A DNA stretch of 36,385 nt from the NCBI GenBank assembly GCA_041479345.1, contig JBGOXX010000003.1, positions 1 to 36,385 on the forward strand, in the 5' to 3' direction. Origin of the DNA: Alphaproteobacteria bacterium (lineage in GTDB: Bacteria > Pseudomonadota > Alphaproteobacteria > DATDPM01). Made by a program: the position numbers and the translations under genes. Shown here piece after piece: positions 1 through 9,852 of the stretch; within the stretch, counting starts at the first letter, position 1, and each line of letters opens with the position of its first letter. A model generated the notes under the pieces. The model did no database searches. It worked only from the letters and a program-made list of their open reading frames with translations, and was not told where the DNA came from.

Positions 1-579
1 AATGAGGTCGACAGCACGCTCACTTTGCGCCGTTCCTGCCGCGAAGGCATTTGCGGTTCCTGCGCCATGAATATCGACGGGACCAATACGCTCGCTTGTT
101 ACAAGCACATCAATGAAGTCAAAGGCGCGGTGAAGGTCTATCCCTTGCCGCACATGCCGGTGATCAAAGATCTGGTTCCCGATCTCAAGCAATTTTACCG
201 CCAATATGCGTCCATCGAGCCGTGGATGAAGACCTCGAGTCCGACGCCCGGCGATCGCGAACGGCTGCAATCGGAAGAAGACCGGGCCAAGCTCGACGGA
301 CCGTCCGACTGCATTTTATGCGCCTGTTGTTCGACGGCCTGTCCCAGCTATTGGTGGAACAGCGACAAATATCTCGGACCCGCCATCCTGCTTCAGGCCT
401 ATCGCTGGATCGCCGACAGCCGGGACGAAGCCTTGGACGAGCGGCTGGGCGCGCTGGACGACACCTTCAAGCTCTATCGCTGCCACACCATCATGAATTG
501 CACGAAGACGTGTCCGAAGCATCTCAACCCGGCAGAGGCCATCGGCGAAATCAAGAAGCTGATCGCGAGCCGGGAATGA
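1..579 (+). CDS. sdhB: Succinate dehydrogenase iron-sulfur subunit (5' end outside the window)
   Basis: Frame is open from base 1 ([24 protein letters not shown]). Fe-S motifs [17 protein letters not shown] and [12 protein letters not shown]. Stop TGA 577-579. Confidence 0.97.
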   Translation, partial: NEVDSTLTLRRSCREGICGSCAMNIDGTNTLACYKHINEVKGAVKVYPLPHMPVIKDLVPDLKQFYRQYASIEPWMKTSSPTPGDRERLQSEEDRAKLDGPSDCILCACCSTACPSYWWNSDKYLGPAILLQAYRWIADSRDEALDERLGALDDTFKLYRCHTIMNCTKTCPKHLNPAEAIGEIKKLIASRE

Positions 580-604
580 CCGTGCGGAACTTGCGCGGTT
601 CGGC

Positions 605-1225
605 ATGACAAATTCGGAAACTCGATCGCTGCTGCTGAAAGCCCGGCGCCGGCACACTTGGATCGCCGCGGTGCCGCTGCTCCTGGCGTTTCTGGTCAGC
701 GACAGCTCGTGGAGCAATGTCTCGCTCCTTCATGCGCTCTATCAATGGATCGGCTATTTTCTGACCTTGATGTGCGTGCTCGGGCGCGGCTGGTGTTCGG
801 CTTATATCGGCGGCAGAAAAAATTATGAACTGATCACGGCCGGTCCTTACTCGGCGGTGCGCAATCCTCTCTATGTGTTCAGCTTCATCGGCGTCGCTGG
901 AATCGGATTTTGCACCGGCACGGTCACTTATCTGGTGATTTTGACCGTGCTGTTCGCCGCCTATTATCAAATCGTGGTTTGGCGCGAAGAAAAATTCATG
1001 GCGGAAACCTTCGGTCAGGCCTTTGCCGATTACAAAGCCCGGGTTCCGCGCTGGTGGCCCAACTTCGATCTCTGGCAAGACGTACCGGAAGTTCAGGCCC
1101 GGCCGCGGTTCCTTTACATCACGCTGCGCGACGGCGCGATGTTCTTTCTCGCTTTTCCGTTGCTGCGCCTGATCGAATATCTGCACGGCCTCGGCGCGCT
1201 TCCGGTTCTCCTGCGGCTCCCCTGA
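605..1225 (+). CDS. Isoprenylcysteine carboxylmethyltransferase/PEMT-family integral membrane methyltransferase
   Basis: Several hydrophobic helices, LITAGPYSAVRNPLY motif, and C-terminal EE..M...FG..F..YKARVPRW typical of the ICMT/PEMT family. Confidence 0.8.
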   Translation: MTNSETRSLLLKARRRHTWIAAVPLLLAFLVSDSSWSNVSLLHALYQWIGYFLTLMCVLGRGWCSAYIGGRKNYELITAGPYSAVRNPLYVFSFIGVAGIGFCTGTVTYLVILTVLFAAYYQIVVWREEKFMAETFGQAFADYKARVPRWWPNFDLWQDVPEVQARPRFLYITLRDGAMFFLAFPLLRLIEYLHGLGALPVLLRLP

Positions 1226-1236
1226 ATTTTCGGGCG

Positions 1237-1443
1237 CTATTCGAGGGCGATTTTACCGTCCACCACGTGGGTAAGACCGATTGTCCCGATGCTCAGCGTC
1301 ATCTTGGCCTCAAGCTTTTCATTGCCCTTAATTTTGCCGCTGCGGATCGCCGCTTCCACCGCGTGCTCGATTTCGCGCTGGGAGGTCACGCCGACGATCT
1401 TAAGAAATTTGCGGACTTCCATATTAAAGACGTCATCTTTCAT
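1237..1443 (-). CDS. Small conserved hypothetical protein (DUF6494-like)
   Basis: MKDDVFNMEVRKFLKIVGVTSQREIE resembles a conserved small proteobacterial family. GGAGG SD lies 7 nt upstream of ATG 1443. Confidence 0.7.
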   Translation of the reverse strand: MKDDVFNMEVRKFLKIVGVTSQREIEHAVEAAIRSGKIKGNEKLEAKMTLSIGTIGLTHVVDGKIALE

Positions 1444-1586
1444 CACCGCCCTCCGTTTTTTCCTATCCCCCTGCGATAGCTGGGGTTTTTCCCTGCGGTT
1501 GCCCAGCCAGAGTCATTGAAATCTGCTGGCGGGCTCCCTTGATTTAAGGTAACCCAACAATGCCGCGATTGGCACCCTGAGTCGCC

Positions 1587-2588
1587 ATGGCCATCATCGA
1601 GACCGACTTTTCCGCACCGAACGCACCGCTCACCGACGAGGAGCTTGAGCGCGAGATCGCGCGCCTGAAACGCGAGCGCAACGCCGTCATCCTCGCCCAC
1701 TACTATCAAGACGGCAATATCCAGGACATCGCCGATTTCGTCGGCGATTCGCTGGATCTTTCCCGGAAGGCCGCCGCCACTCAGGCCGATGTCATCGTGT
1801 TCTGCGGCGTGCGGTTCATGGCCGAAGTGGCGAAGATTCTGAGTCCCGAGCGCACGGTGCTGATCCCCGATTTCGACGCCGGCTGCTCGCTCGAATCGTC
1901 ATGTCCCGCGGACGCCTTCGCGGCGTGGCGGAAAAAACATCCCGGCCATGTGGCGATCACCTATATCAACTGCTCGGCGGAGGTGAAGGCGCTGTCCGAC
2001 ATCATCGTGACCTCGTCGAACGCCGAAGCGATCATTCGCCAGATTCCGGAAAACCAGCCGATCCTGTTCGCGCCCGATCGATTCTTGGGCGCCTATCTCG
2101 CGCGCAAGACGGGACGCAATCTCGTGCTTTGGCCCGGCACCTGCATCGTCCATGAACAATTCTCGGAGCGCGAACTGGTCAAATTGCGGACGCGCCATCC
2201 GAATGCCAAGCTGGCCGCCCACCCGGAATGTCCGGAATCGATTTTGCAAATGGCCGATCACATCGGCTCGACGTCATCGCTTCTTAATTATGTGACGAGC
2301 GCGCCCGACAAGGAATTCATCATCGCTACCGAGCCGCATATCATTCACCAGATGCAAAAGCGGTCGCCCGACAAACTTTTCATCCCGGCTCCCGGCATGG
2401 ACGAAAGTTGTTCCTGCAATAATTGCCCGTTCATGGCGCTCAATACCCTGGAGAAACTTTATCGCTGTTTGCGCGATATGAAACCGGCCCTCGATATGCC
2501 GGAAGAATTGCGCCGCGCTGCGTTTAAGCCGCTGCAGCGCATGCTGGATATGTCGCCGAAACCGGCGAAGCTTGCCGGTGCGGCGTGA
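1587..2588 (+). CDS. nadA: Quinolinate synthase A
   Basis: [36 protein letters not shown] and CPFM motifs, including the three 4Fe-4S cysteines. Confidence 0.96.
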   Translation: MAIIETDFSAPNAPLTDEELEREIARLKRERNAVILAHYYQDGNIQDIADFVGDSLDLSRKAAATQADVIVFCGVRFMAEVAKILSPERTVLIPDFDAGCSLESSCPADAFAAWRKKHPGHVAITYINCSAEVKALSDIIVTSSNAEAIIRQIPENQPILFAPDRFLGAYLARKTGRNLVLWPGTCIVHEQFSERELVKLRTRHPNAKLAAHPECPESILQMADHIGSTSSLLNYVTSAPDKEFIIATEPHIIHQMQKRSPDKLFIPAPGMDESCSCNNCPFMALNTLEKLYRCLRDMKPALDMPEELRRAAFKPLQRMLDMSPKPAKLAGAA

Positions 2589-2621
2589 GCGGTTGGGCGC
2601 CTCCTTGATTCATTTGTTCCC

Positions 2622-3455
2622 TTGAATCTTACCGCAAACGAAATTGAAGACTTCATTGCGCGGGCGCTGGCCGAAGATATCGGCGCGGGCGATATCACCT
2701 CCGAGGCGGTTATCCCTCAAAACGCCCGGCTTTCCGCGGAGATGCGCTGCCGCGAGGGGCTAATCGTCGCCGGGCTCGATATTGCACTCGGCGTTTTTCG
2801 CAAGCTCGTGCGCGGGTGCCGGATCGATGTTCTGATGAAGGATGGCCAGCGCGCCATCGCCGGCGCGGTTCTCGCCCGGATCGAAGGCCCGGCTCGTCCG
2901 ATGCTGACCGCGGAGCGCACGGCGCTCAACATCGTCCAGCATTTGTCGGGTATCGCCACTTTGACTCGCGCCTACGTGGATCAAGTCGCGGGAACCAAGG
3001 CGGTCATCTTGGATACGCGAAAAACGATTCCCGGTTTACGCCGCTTTGCCAAATACGCCACCAGCGTGGGCGGCGCGCAGAATCATCGCCTGGGTCTTTA
3101 TGACGGAGTCCTGATCAAGGACAATCACATCGCGGTATGCGGCGGCATCAAACCAGCGATTGCCGCAACCAAGGCGAAGAGGCTTTCGGAAATCGAAATC
3201 GAATGCGACACCCTCGATCAGGTGAAAGAGGCGCTTCAATCGGGCGCCCCGCATTTGCTTTTGGACAACATGGATCTCACGGCTTTGCGCGACGTGGTCG
3301 CGCTGGTCGCCGGCCGGGCGAAGCTCGAAGCTTCCGGCGGCGTTACTCTTGAAACCGTGCGGGCGATCGCCGCGACCGGCGTCGATTTCATTTCGGTCGG
3401 ACGCATCACCCAATCGGCGCCTGCCGTCGATATCGGCCTCGACTACACGGCTTAA
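2622..3455 (+). CDS. nadC: Nicotinate-nucleotide diphosphorylase (carboxylating), QPRTase
   Basis: LAED.G.GDITS, ERTALN, LDTRKT.PG, NHRLGL, LIKDNH, LLDNM and EASGG motifs. The TTG start is uncertain. Confidence 0.95.
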   Translation: MNLTANEIEDFIARALAEDIGAGDITSEAVIPQNARLSAEMRCREGLIVAGLDIALGVFRKLVRGCRIDVLMKDGQRAIAGAVLARIEGPARPMLTAERTALNIVQHLSGIATLTRAYVDQVAGTKAVILDTRKTIPGLRRFAKYATSVGGAQNHRLGLYDGVLIKDNHIAVCGGIKPAIAATKAKRLSEIEIECDTLDQVKEALQSGAPHLLLDNMDLTALRDVVALVAGRAKLEASGGVTLETVRAIAATGVDFISVGRITQSAPAVDIGLDYTA

Positions 3456-4559
<1,104 letters not shown>

Positions 4560-4780
4560 GCGCGATTTGAAGCCTGCCAATGCTGCAGCGCGCAAAAGCT
4601 TGAAATAGCCGCCGCAGCGCAAGACAAAGTTCAGGCGCGGCAATTCGCCTCAGGATTGATGGCGGCAAGGCGACTCGGAACGGTTGCGCGAGGTCCGGCG
4701 CATGGCTATTAATGCGGGCTTTGTTTTGGGGGCCTTAAGCGGTGGCGACAACCGCGTCGGCCGATGTAGGGCGGGGCAAG

Positions 4781-5950
4781 ATGGATATCCACGAATATCA
4801 AGCGAAGCAACTTCTCGCGAAGTACGGCGTGCCCGTGCCTTTGGGCGATATCGCCTTTAAGGCGCATGAGGCTGAAAACGTCGCCAAGTGGCTCGACGAA
4901 GAATTGATGGTGGTCAAAGCCCAGATCCACGCCGGCGGCCGCGGCAAGGCCGGGGGCGTGAAAGTCGTGCGGTCGGTGGACGAGGCGGTCGACGCCGCCG
5001 ACAAGATGTTCAATATGACGTTGGTCACCCATCAGACCGGACCGAAGGGCCGTCCCGTTCATCGCGTCTATATCGAAGCCGGCGTGTCCTATGATCGCGA
5101 ACTCTATTTCTCAATTCTGAACGACCGCGAAACCGCGGGCATCACCATCATCGCGTCCACCGAAGGCGGCATGGACATCGAAGAGGTGGCGGAGAAATCA
5201 CCCGACAAGATTCTTAAAATTTGCCTCGCCCCGGCCCAAGAGCTGCATCAACACCACGCCCGCAGCCTTTCTTATGATCTCGGCTTGAAGGGCAAGACGG
5301 CGCGAGCGGCGCAAAAAGCGATCCTCAATTGCTTCCGCGCGTTCTACGACCTCGATGCGTCTCTGCTCGAAATCAATCCGCTGGTGGTGACCAAGGCCGG
5401 CGATATCATGGCGCTCGATTGCAAAATGAGTTTTGACGACAACGCGTTGTTCCGTCACCGCGACATCACCGAGCTGCGCGACGACGATGAAATCGATCCG
5501 CTGGAACTCGAAGCGGCGCGTCACGATCTCAACTATGTAAAATTGCCGGGCTCCATCGGCCTGATGGTCAACGGCGCCGGCCTTTCGATGGCGACCATGG
5601 ACATCCTGAAACATTACGGGGGTGCTGCCGCCAATTTCATGGACGTGGCCGGTGCGGCGACGCCCGAACGGGTCGCTGCGGCGTTCAAGCTCGTCTATTC
5701 CGATCCCGACGTGAAGGGAATCTTGCTCAACATCTTCGGCGGCATGATGCGCTGCAATTCGATCGCCGAAGGTCTGGTGAATGCCGCCCGTGAAGTCGGG
5801 CTTAAGAAGCCGCTCGTCGTTCGCCTCGAAGGCACAAATGTCGAGTTGGGGCGTGAAATTCTCGAAAAATCCGGTCTGCCGATTCAGCCTTGCTCTTCGA
5901 TGGACGAAGCGGCGAAGAAGATCGTCGAAGCCGTGAAGAAGGTGGCGTGA
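4781..5950 (+). CDS. Divergent succinate--CoA ligase beta-like subunit (paralogue; substrate unknown)
   Basis: [28 protein letters not shown] and DDNALFRH are present. Substrate loops differ from the canonical copy ([25 protein letters not shown]). Confidence 0.88.
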   Translation: MDIHEYQAKQLLAKYGVPVPLGDIAFKAHEAENVAKWLDEELMVVKAQIHAGGRGKAGGVKVVRSVDEAVDAADKMFNMTLVTHQTGPKGRPVHRVYIEAGVSYDRELYFSILNDRETAGITIIASTEGGMDIEEVAEKSPDKILKICLAPAQELHQHHARSLSYDLGLKGKTARAAQKAILNCFRAFYDLDASLLEINPLVVTKAGDIMALDCKMSFDDNALFRHRDITELRDDDEIDPLELEAARHDLNYVKLPGSIGLMVNGAGLSMATMDILKHYGGAAANFMDVAGAATPERVAAAFKLVYSDPDVKGILLNIFGGMMRCNSIAEGLVNAAREVGLKKPLVVRLEGTNVELGREILEKSGLPIQPCSSMDEAAKKIVEAVKKVA

Positions 5951-6828
5951 TGTCGGTCCTCATCACGCGCGAATCGAAGATTATTTGCCAGGGCTTCACC
6001 GGAGCCCAGGGCACGTTCCATTCGGAACAGGCGATCAAATATGGCACGAACATGGTGGGCGGCGTTACGCCGGACAAAGGCGGCACCTCGCATTTGAATC
6101 TGCCTGTGTTCAACACCGTGGCGGAAGCGGTGGCGAAGACCGGCGCCAATGCTTCCGGCATTTATGTTCCGCCCCCTTTTGCGGCGGACGCGATTCTCGA
6201 AGCGGTCGATGCCGGCCTCGAACTTGTCGTCTGCATTACCGACGGCATCCCGGTCCGCGATATGCAGCGGGTCAAAGCCGAAATGAAGGGCAAGAAGACC
6301 AGGCTTGTCGGCCCGAATTGCCCGGGCGTCATTTCCCCGGGCATCGGGAAAATCGGAATCATGCCGGGCTACATTCATAAGCCGGGCAAGGTCGGCGTGG
6401 TGTCGCGCTCAGGCACGCTCAGTTACGAAACCGCGGTTCGCACCGGCATCGCGGGGCTCGGTCAATCGACCATTATCGGCATCGGCGGCGACCCGGTGAA
6501 CGGCACCAATTTCGTCGATGCGCTGACGCTTTTCCTCGACGATCCGGACACCGACGCCATTGTGATGATCGGCGAAATCGGCGGCACTGCCGAAGTTGAC
6601 GCCGCCGAATTCATCAAGTCGTGGAAGACGAAGAAAAAGCCGGTGGCGGCTTTCATCGCGGGCGCCGCGGCGCCGCCGGGCAGACGCATGGGTCACGCCG
6701 GCGCCATCGTTTCAGGAGGCAAGGAAACGGCGGACGCCAAAAAAGACGCACTGAAGAGCGCGGGCGTCGCCGTGGCGGAAACTATCGTCGATATCGGCCA
6801 GGCCATGGTCAAGGCCATGAAGGGCTAG
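5950..6828 (+). CDS. Divergent succinate--CoA ligase alpha-like subunit (paralogue)
   Basis: TGATG overlap with the upstream gene. [25 protein letters not shown] and phospho-His motif RMGHAGA. Confidence 0.88.
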   Translation: MSVLITRESKIICQGFTGAQGTFHSEQAIKYGTNMVGGVTPDKGGTSHLNLPVFNTVAEAVAKTGANASGIYVPPPFAADAILEAVDAGLELVVCITDGIPVRDMQRVKAEMKGKKTRLVGPNCPGVISPGIGKIGIMPGYIHKPGKVGVVSRSGTLSYETAVRTGIAGLGQSTIIGIGGDPVNGTNFVDALTLFLDDPDTDAIVMIGEIGGTAEVDAAEFIKSWKTKKKPVAAFIAGAAAPPGRRMGHAGAIVSGGKETADAKKDALKSAGVAVAETIVDIGQAMVKAMKG

Positions 6829-6864
6829 ATCGCGACGGTCAGATAAAGGGAGGATTTTCACCAC

Positions 6865-7389
6865 ATGGCCGACAATGCGCTCATTTCCTATATCGGTCCC
6901 GATCGAGCGGGCCTGATCTCGAAGATCACCGGACGGCTTTTCGAGATGGGCGGTAGCTTGGGGGATTTGACCTTCGCCGGGCTCGGCGAGGCGGCGGAAC
7001 TCACCATGCTCTATGAAATGCCGAAAGACATGACGATCGATGGGCTGCGGCGTGAGATCGAAGTCTTGCCGGAAGTCCAGGGCGGCGAGTTGCGGGTGAA
7101 GGAAATCCAGGTCAAGACCACGCTGGGCGTTAGCAGCCGCATCACCCACCGAGTCATCCTTTCGGGGGGCGACCGGGCGGGCCTCGTGGCCAAGATCATC
7201 AAAATCATGGACCAGCACGGCGCCCGGGTCATCCGTATGAATGCGGAACGGCTGGCGGGCGCGATGGGCAGTCAATATATCGCCCGATTCGCCATTTCGG
7301 TTCGTGATGAACGTGCCCCCGCTTGTTTGGCCGCGATCGTCAGTTTGGCCGGCGAGCTCAAGCTCACTTTCAGATACGAAACCGCCTGA
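6865..7389 (+). CDS. Tandem ACT-domain protein (GcvR-like amino-acid-binding regulator)
   Basis: Two ACT signatures, ISYIGPDRAGLIS and ILSGGDRAGLVA. GGGAGGA SD upstream. Confidence 0.82.
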   Translation: MADNALISYIGPDRAGLISKITGRLFEMGGSLGDLTFAGLGEAAELTMLYEMPKDMTIDGLRREIEVLPEVQGGELRVKEIQVKTTLGVSSRITHRVILSGGDRAGLVAKIIKIMDQHGARVIRMNAERLAGAMGSQYIARFAISVRDERAPACLAAIVSLAGELKLTFRYETA

Positions 7390-7497
7390 CGGCGGCTGGC
7401 CGATACGAAACCGCCTGACGGCGGCTGGCCGATACGAAACCGCCTGACGGCGGCTGGCCGATACGAAACCGCCTGACGGCGGCTGGCCGATACGAAA
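7373..7497. repeat. Tandem repeat: 4 exact copies of a 29-bp unit plus a degenerate fifth
   Basis: GATACGAAACCGCCTGACGGCGGCTGGCC starts at 7373, 7402, 7431 and 7460; partial copy at 7489. Each unit contains the hairpin CCGCC-TGAC-GGCGG. No spacers. Confidence 0.97.
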
Positions 7498-7667
7498 TCG
7501 CCTCCACGGATGCCGCTATGCGACCGCCAAGCGGCACCGCCACGGCGAAACGGCTTAAAGCGGCATTTCGGCGCCGGATTATAGACGCCACGGGGCTTGC
7601 GCCCGGGCGGTATTTCGGCTTTTGCTAGAGACGCCACAATCTGCTGGCGTCCCAAAACCCGGCGTCG

Positions 7668-8837
7668 ATGAATATCCACGAATATCAGGCTAAACAGCTG
7701 CTCGCCCGTTTCGGCGTGGCGGTGCCGCGCGGCGCCATTGCCTATACGCCGAAGGAAGCCGAGCAAGCCGCCAAGACTCTGGGCGGCAATGTCTGGGTCG
7801 TCAAAGCGCAAATTCACGCCGGCGGTCGCGGCAAGGCCGGGGGCATCAAGGTCGTCAAATCCCTCGCCGACGTGCGCGATGCCGCCAAGGCGTTGCTCGG
7901 CACCAAGCTCGTCACCAAGCAGACGGGGCCCGAGGGCAAAGAAGTCAAACGCGTCTATATCGAAGAAGGCTGCGGCATCGCCAACGAGCTCTATGCCAGC
8001 CTGTTGATCGATCGCGCGACCAGCCGCGTCACCATTCTGGCTTCGGATGCCGGCGGCATGGATATCGAAGAGGTCGCCGCCAAGGAACCGAAACGGCTCA
8101 TCAAGGTTGCGATTGATCCGGCCAGCGGCATTGAACCGTTCCACGCGCGCAAAGTGGTGTTTCATTTAGGCCTTTCGGGAGACGTCGCGGCCCGGGCGAT
8201 CGAGCTTTTGACCGCGCTCTATCTCGCTTTCATGACCTGCGATGCGAGCCTGATCGAGATCAATCCCCTCGTCGTCACCAAGGACGGAAGGGTGCTTGCG
8301 CTCGACGCCAAGATGAATTTCGACGACAACGCGCTATTCCGTCACAAGGAAATCGAAGAGCTTCGCGATGAAGACGAAGAAGATGCGACCGAAACCGAGG
8401 CGGCGCGCAACGGCCTCAATTACGTCAAGCTCGACGGCAATATCGGCTGCATGGTGAATGGCGCCGGTCTTGCCATGGCGACCATGGACACGATCAAGAT
8501 GGCGGGCGGCGACCCCGCGAATTTTCTCGATGTCGGCGGCGGGGCGACCCGCGAGCGCGTCGCGACGGCCTTCAAATTGATCGTGCGCGATCCGAAGGTC
8601 GAAGGAATTATGGTCAATATTTTCGGCGGTATCATGCGCTGCGACGTGATCGCGGAAGGGATCATCGCCGCCATGCGCGAAGTGAATCTCGTGGTGCCAT
8701 TGGTGGTTCGCCTGGAAGGCACCAATGTCGAGCTGGGAAAGGAAATCCTCGCCAAATCGGGTTTGAAAATCATCGCCGCGAATAGCTTGGAAGACGCCGC
8801 GCGCAAAATCGTCAAAGCCGTGCGGAGCGCGGCGTAA
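7668..8837 (+). CDS. sucC: Succinate--CoA ligase [ADP-forming] beta subunit
   Basis: Canonical [34 protein letters not shown] and [10 protein letters not shown] motifs. Confidence 0.96.
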   Translation: MNIHEYQAKQLLARFGVAVPRGAIAYTPKEAEQAAKTLGGNVWVVKAQIHAGGRGKAGGIKVVKSLADVRDAAKALLGTKLVTKQTGPEGKEVKRVYIEEGCGIANELYASLLIDRATSRVTILASDAGGMDIEEVAAKEPKRLIKVAIDPASGIEPFHARKVVFHLGLSGDVAARAIELLTALYLAFMTCDASLIEINPLVVTKDGRVLALDAKMNFDDNALFRHKEIEELRDEDEEDATETEAARNGLNYVKLDGNIGCMVNGAGLAMATMDTIKMAGGDPANFLDVGGGATRERVATAFKLIVRDPKVEGIMVNIFGGIMRCDVIAEGIIAAMREVNLVVPLVVRLEGTNVELGKEILAKSGLKIIAANSLEDAARKIVKAVRSAA

Positions 8838-9709
8838 TGGCGGTCCTCGTCGACAAAAAGACGAAAGTGATCTGTCAGGGCTTTACCGGGGCCCAAGGCA
8901 CCTTCCATTCCGAACAGGCGATTGCTTACGGCACGAAAATGGTCGGCGGCGTGACGCCGGGCAAAGGCGGCACGAAGCATCTCGATCTCCCGGTTTTCGA
9001 TACGGTCGCCGATGCGGTGGCGAAAACCGGCGCCGATGCCAGCGTCATATATGTGCCGCCGCCTTTTGCCGCCGACGCGATTTTGGAGGCGATCGACGCC
9101 GAGGTGAAACTCGTCGTCTGCATCACCGAAGGTATTCCCGTGCTCGACATGGTCCGTGTGAAACGCGCCTTGCAAGGATCGAAGACCCGCCTTATCGGCC
9201 CCAATTGTCCCGGCATCATCACGCCCGGCGCGTGTAAAATCGGAATCATGCCGGGGCACATCCATAAGCCCGGCCATGTCGGCATCGTCTCGCGCTCCGG
9301 AACGCTCACTTACGAGGCGGTCGCGTACACGACGGCGGCCGGGCTCGGTCAATCGACCTGCATTGGGATCGGCGGGGATCCGGTGAATGGCACCAATTTC
9401 ATCGATTGCCTCGAACTGTTTCTGGCCGATCCCGACACCCGCGGCATCGTGTTGATCGGCGAAATCGGCGGCACCGCCGAAGAGGAAGCCGCGGCCTTTC
9501 TGAAATCAGCGCGCTCCAAAAAGCCGGTGGTTGCCTTCATCGCCGGGCGTACCGCTCCGCCGGGCCGCCGCATGGGTCATGCGGGGGCCATCGTTTCCGG
9601 GGGCAAGGGAAGGGCCGAAGACAAGATCGAAGCCCTGAAAAGTGCCGGTGTTGCGGTTGCCAAGACCCCGGGCGAAACCGCCGCTTTGTTGGCCAAGAAG
9701 CTGAAATAA
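8837..9709 (+). CDS. sucD: Succinate--CoA ligase alpha subunit
   Basis: TAATG overlap with suc[19 protein letters not shown] and RMGHAGA motifs. Confidence 0.96.
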   Translation: MAVLVDKKTKVICQGFTGAQGTFHSEQAIAYGTKMVGGVTPGKGGTKHLDLPVFDTVADAVAKTGADASVIYVPPPFAADAILEAIDAEVKLVVCITEGIPVLDMVRVKRALQGSKTRLIGPNCPGIITPGACKIGIMPGHIHKPGHVGIVSRSGTLTYEAVAYTTAAGLGQSTCIGIGGDPVNGTNFIDCLELFLADPDTRGIVLIGEIGGTAEEEAAAFLKSARSKKPVVAFIAGRTAPPGRRMGHAGAIVSGGKGRAEDKIEALKSAGVAVAKTPGETAALLAKKLK

Positions 9710-9758
9710 AACGGAAATTCCCGGAAATGCCGTATCAAAGGTCGATGTTTTTGGCCTT

Positions 9759-9797
9759 TTGACATTAGCCCTTCCAGCAACAACATCTTAACCATAG
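9759..9797 (+). promoter_or_regulatory. Putative internal promoter region for sucA (TTGACA plus a TTAACCAT motif)
   Basis: AT-rich intergenic DNA with a perfect TTGACA at 9759-9764 and TTAACCATAG at 9788-9797. No clear -10 element. Confidence 0.35.
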
Positions 9798-9852
9798 TTT
9801 TGTATCTCTAATCAGACCGCGCCCCTTAGAACGCGGCGCCCTCCGGCCGGCC

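Noticed and set aside
4659-4712. Leader peptide MAARRLGTVARGPAHGY upstream of the paralogous sucC
   Set aside because: SD spacing is poor, and there is no attenuator structure or telling codon run.
4781-6828. Firm call as malate thiokinase mtkAB
   Set aside because: It lacks the NIFAGINRCD and SGTLGYE signatures I recall for MtkAB, and no malyl-CoA lyase or serine-cycle genes are nearby. Only CITDG is shared.
7373-7497. CRISPR array (29-bp palindromic repeat)
   Set aside because: The units are directly adjacent with no spacers, there are no cas genes or leader, and the unit derives from the end of the ACT gene.
4781-9709. Assembly duplication or pseudogene of sucCD
   Set aside because: The copies differ throughout, and both are full length with intact catalytic motifs.
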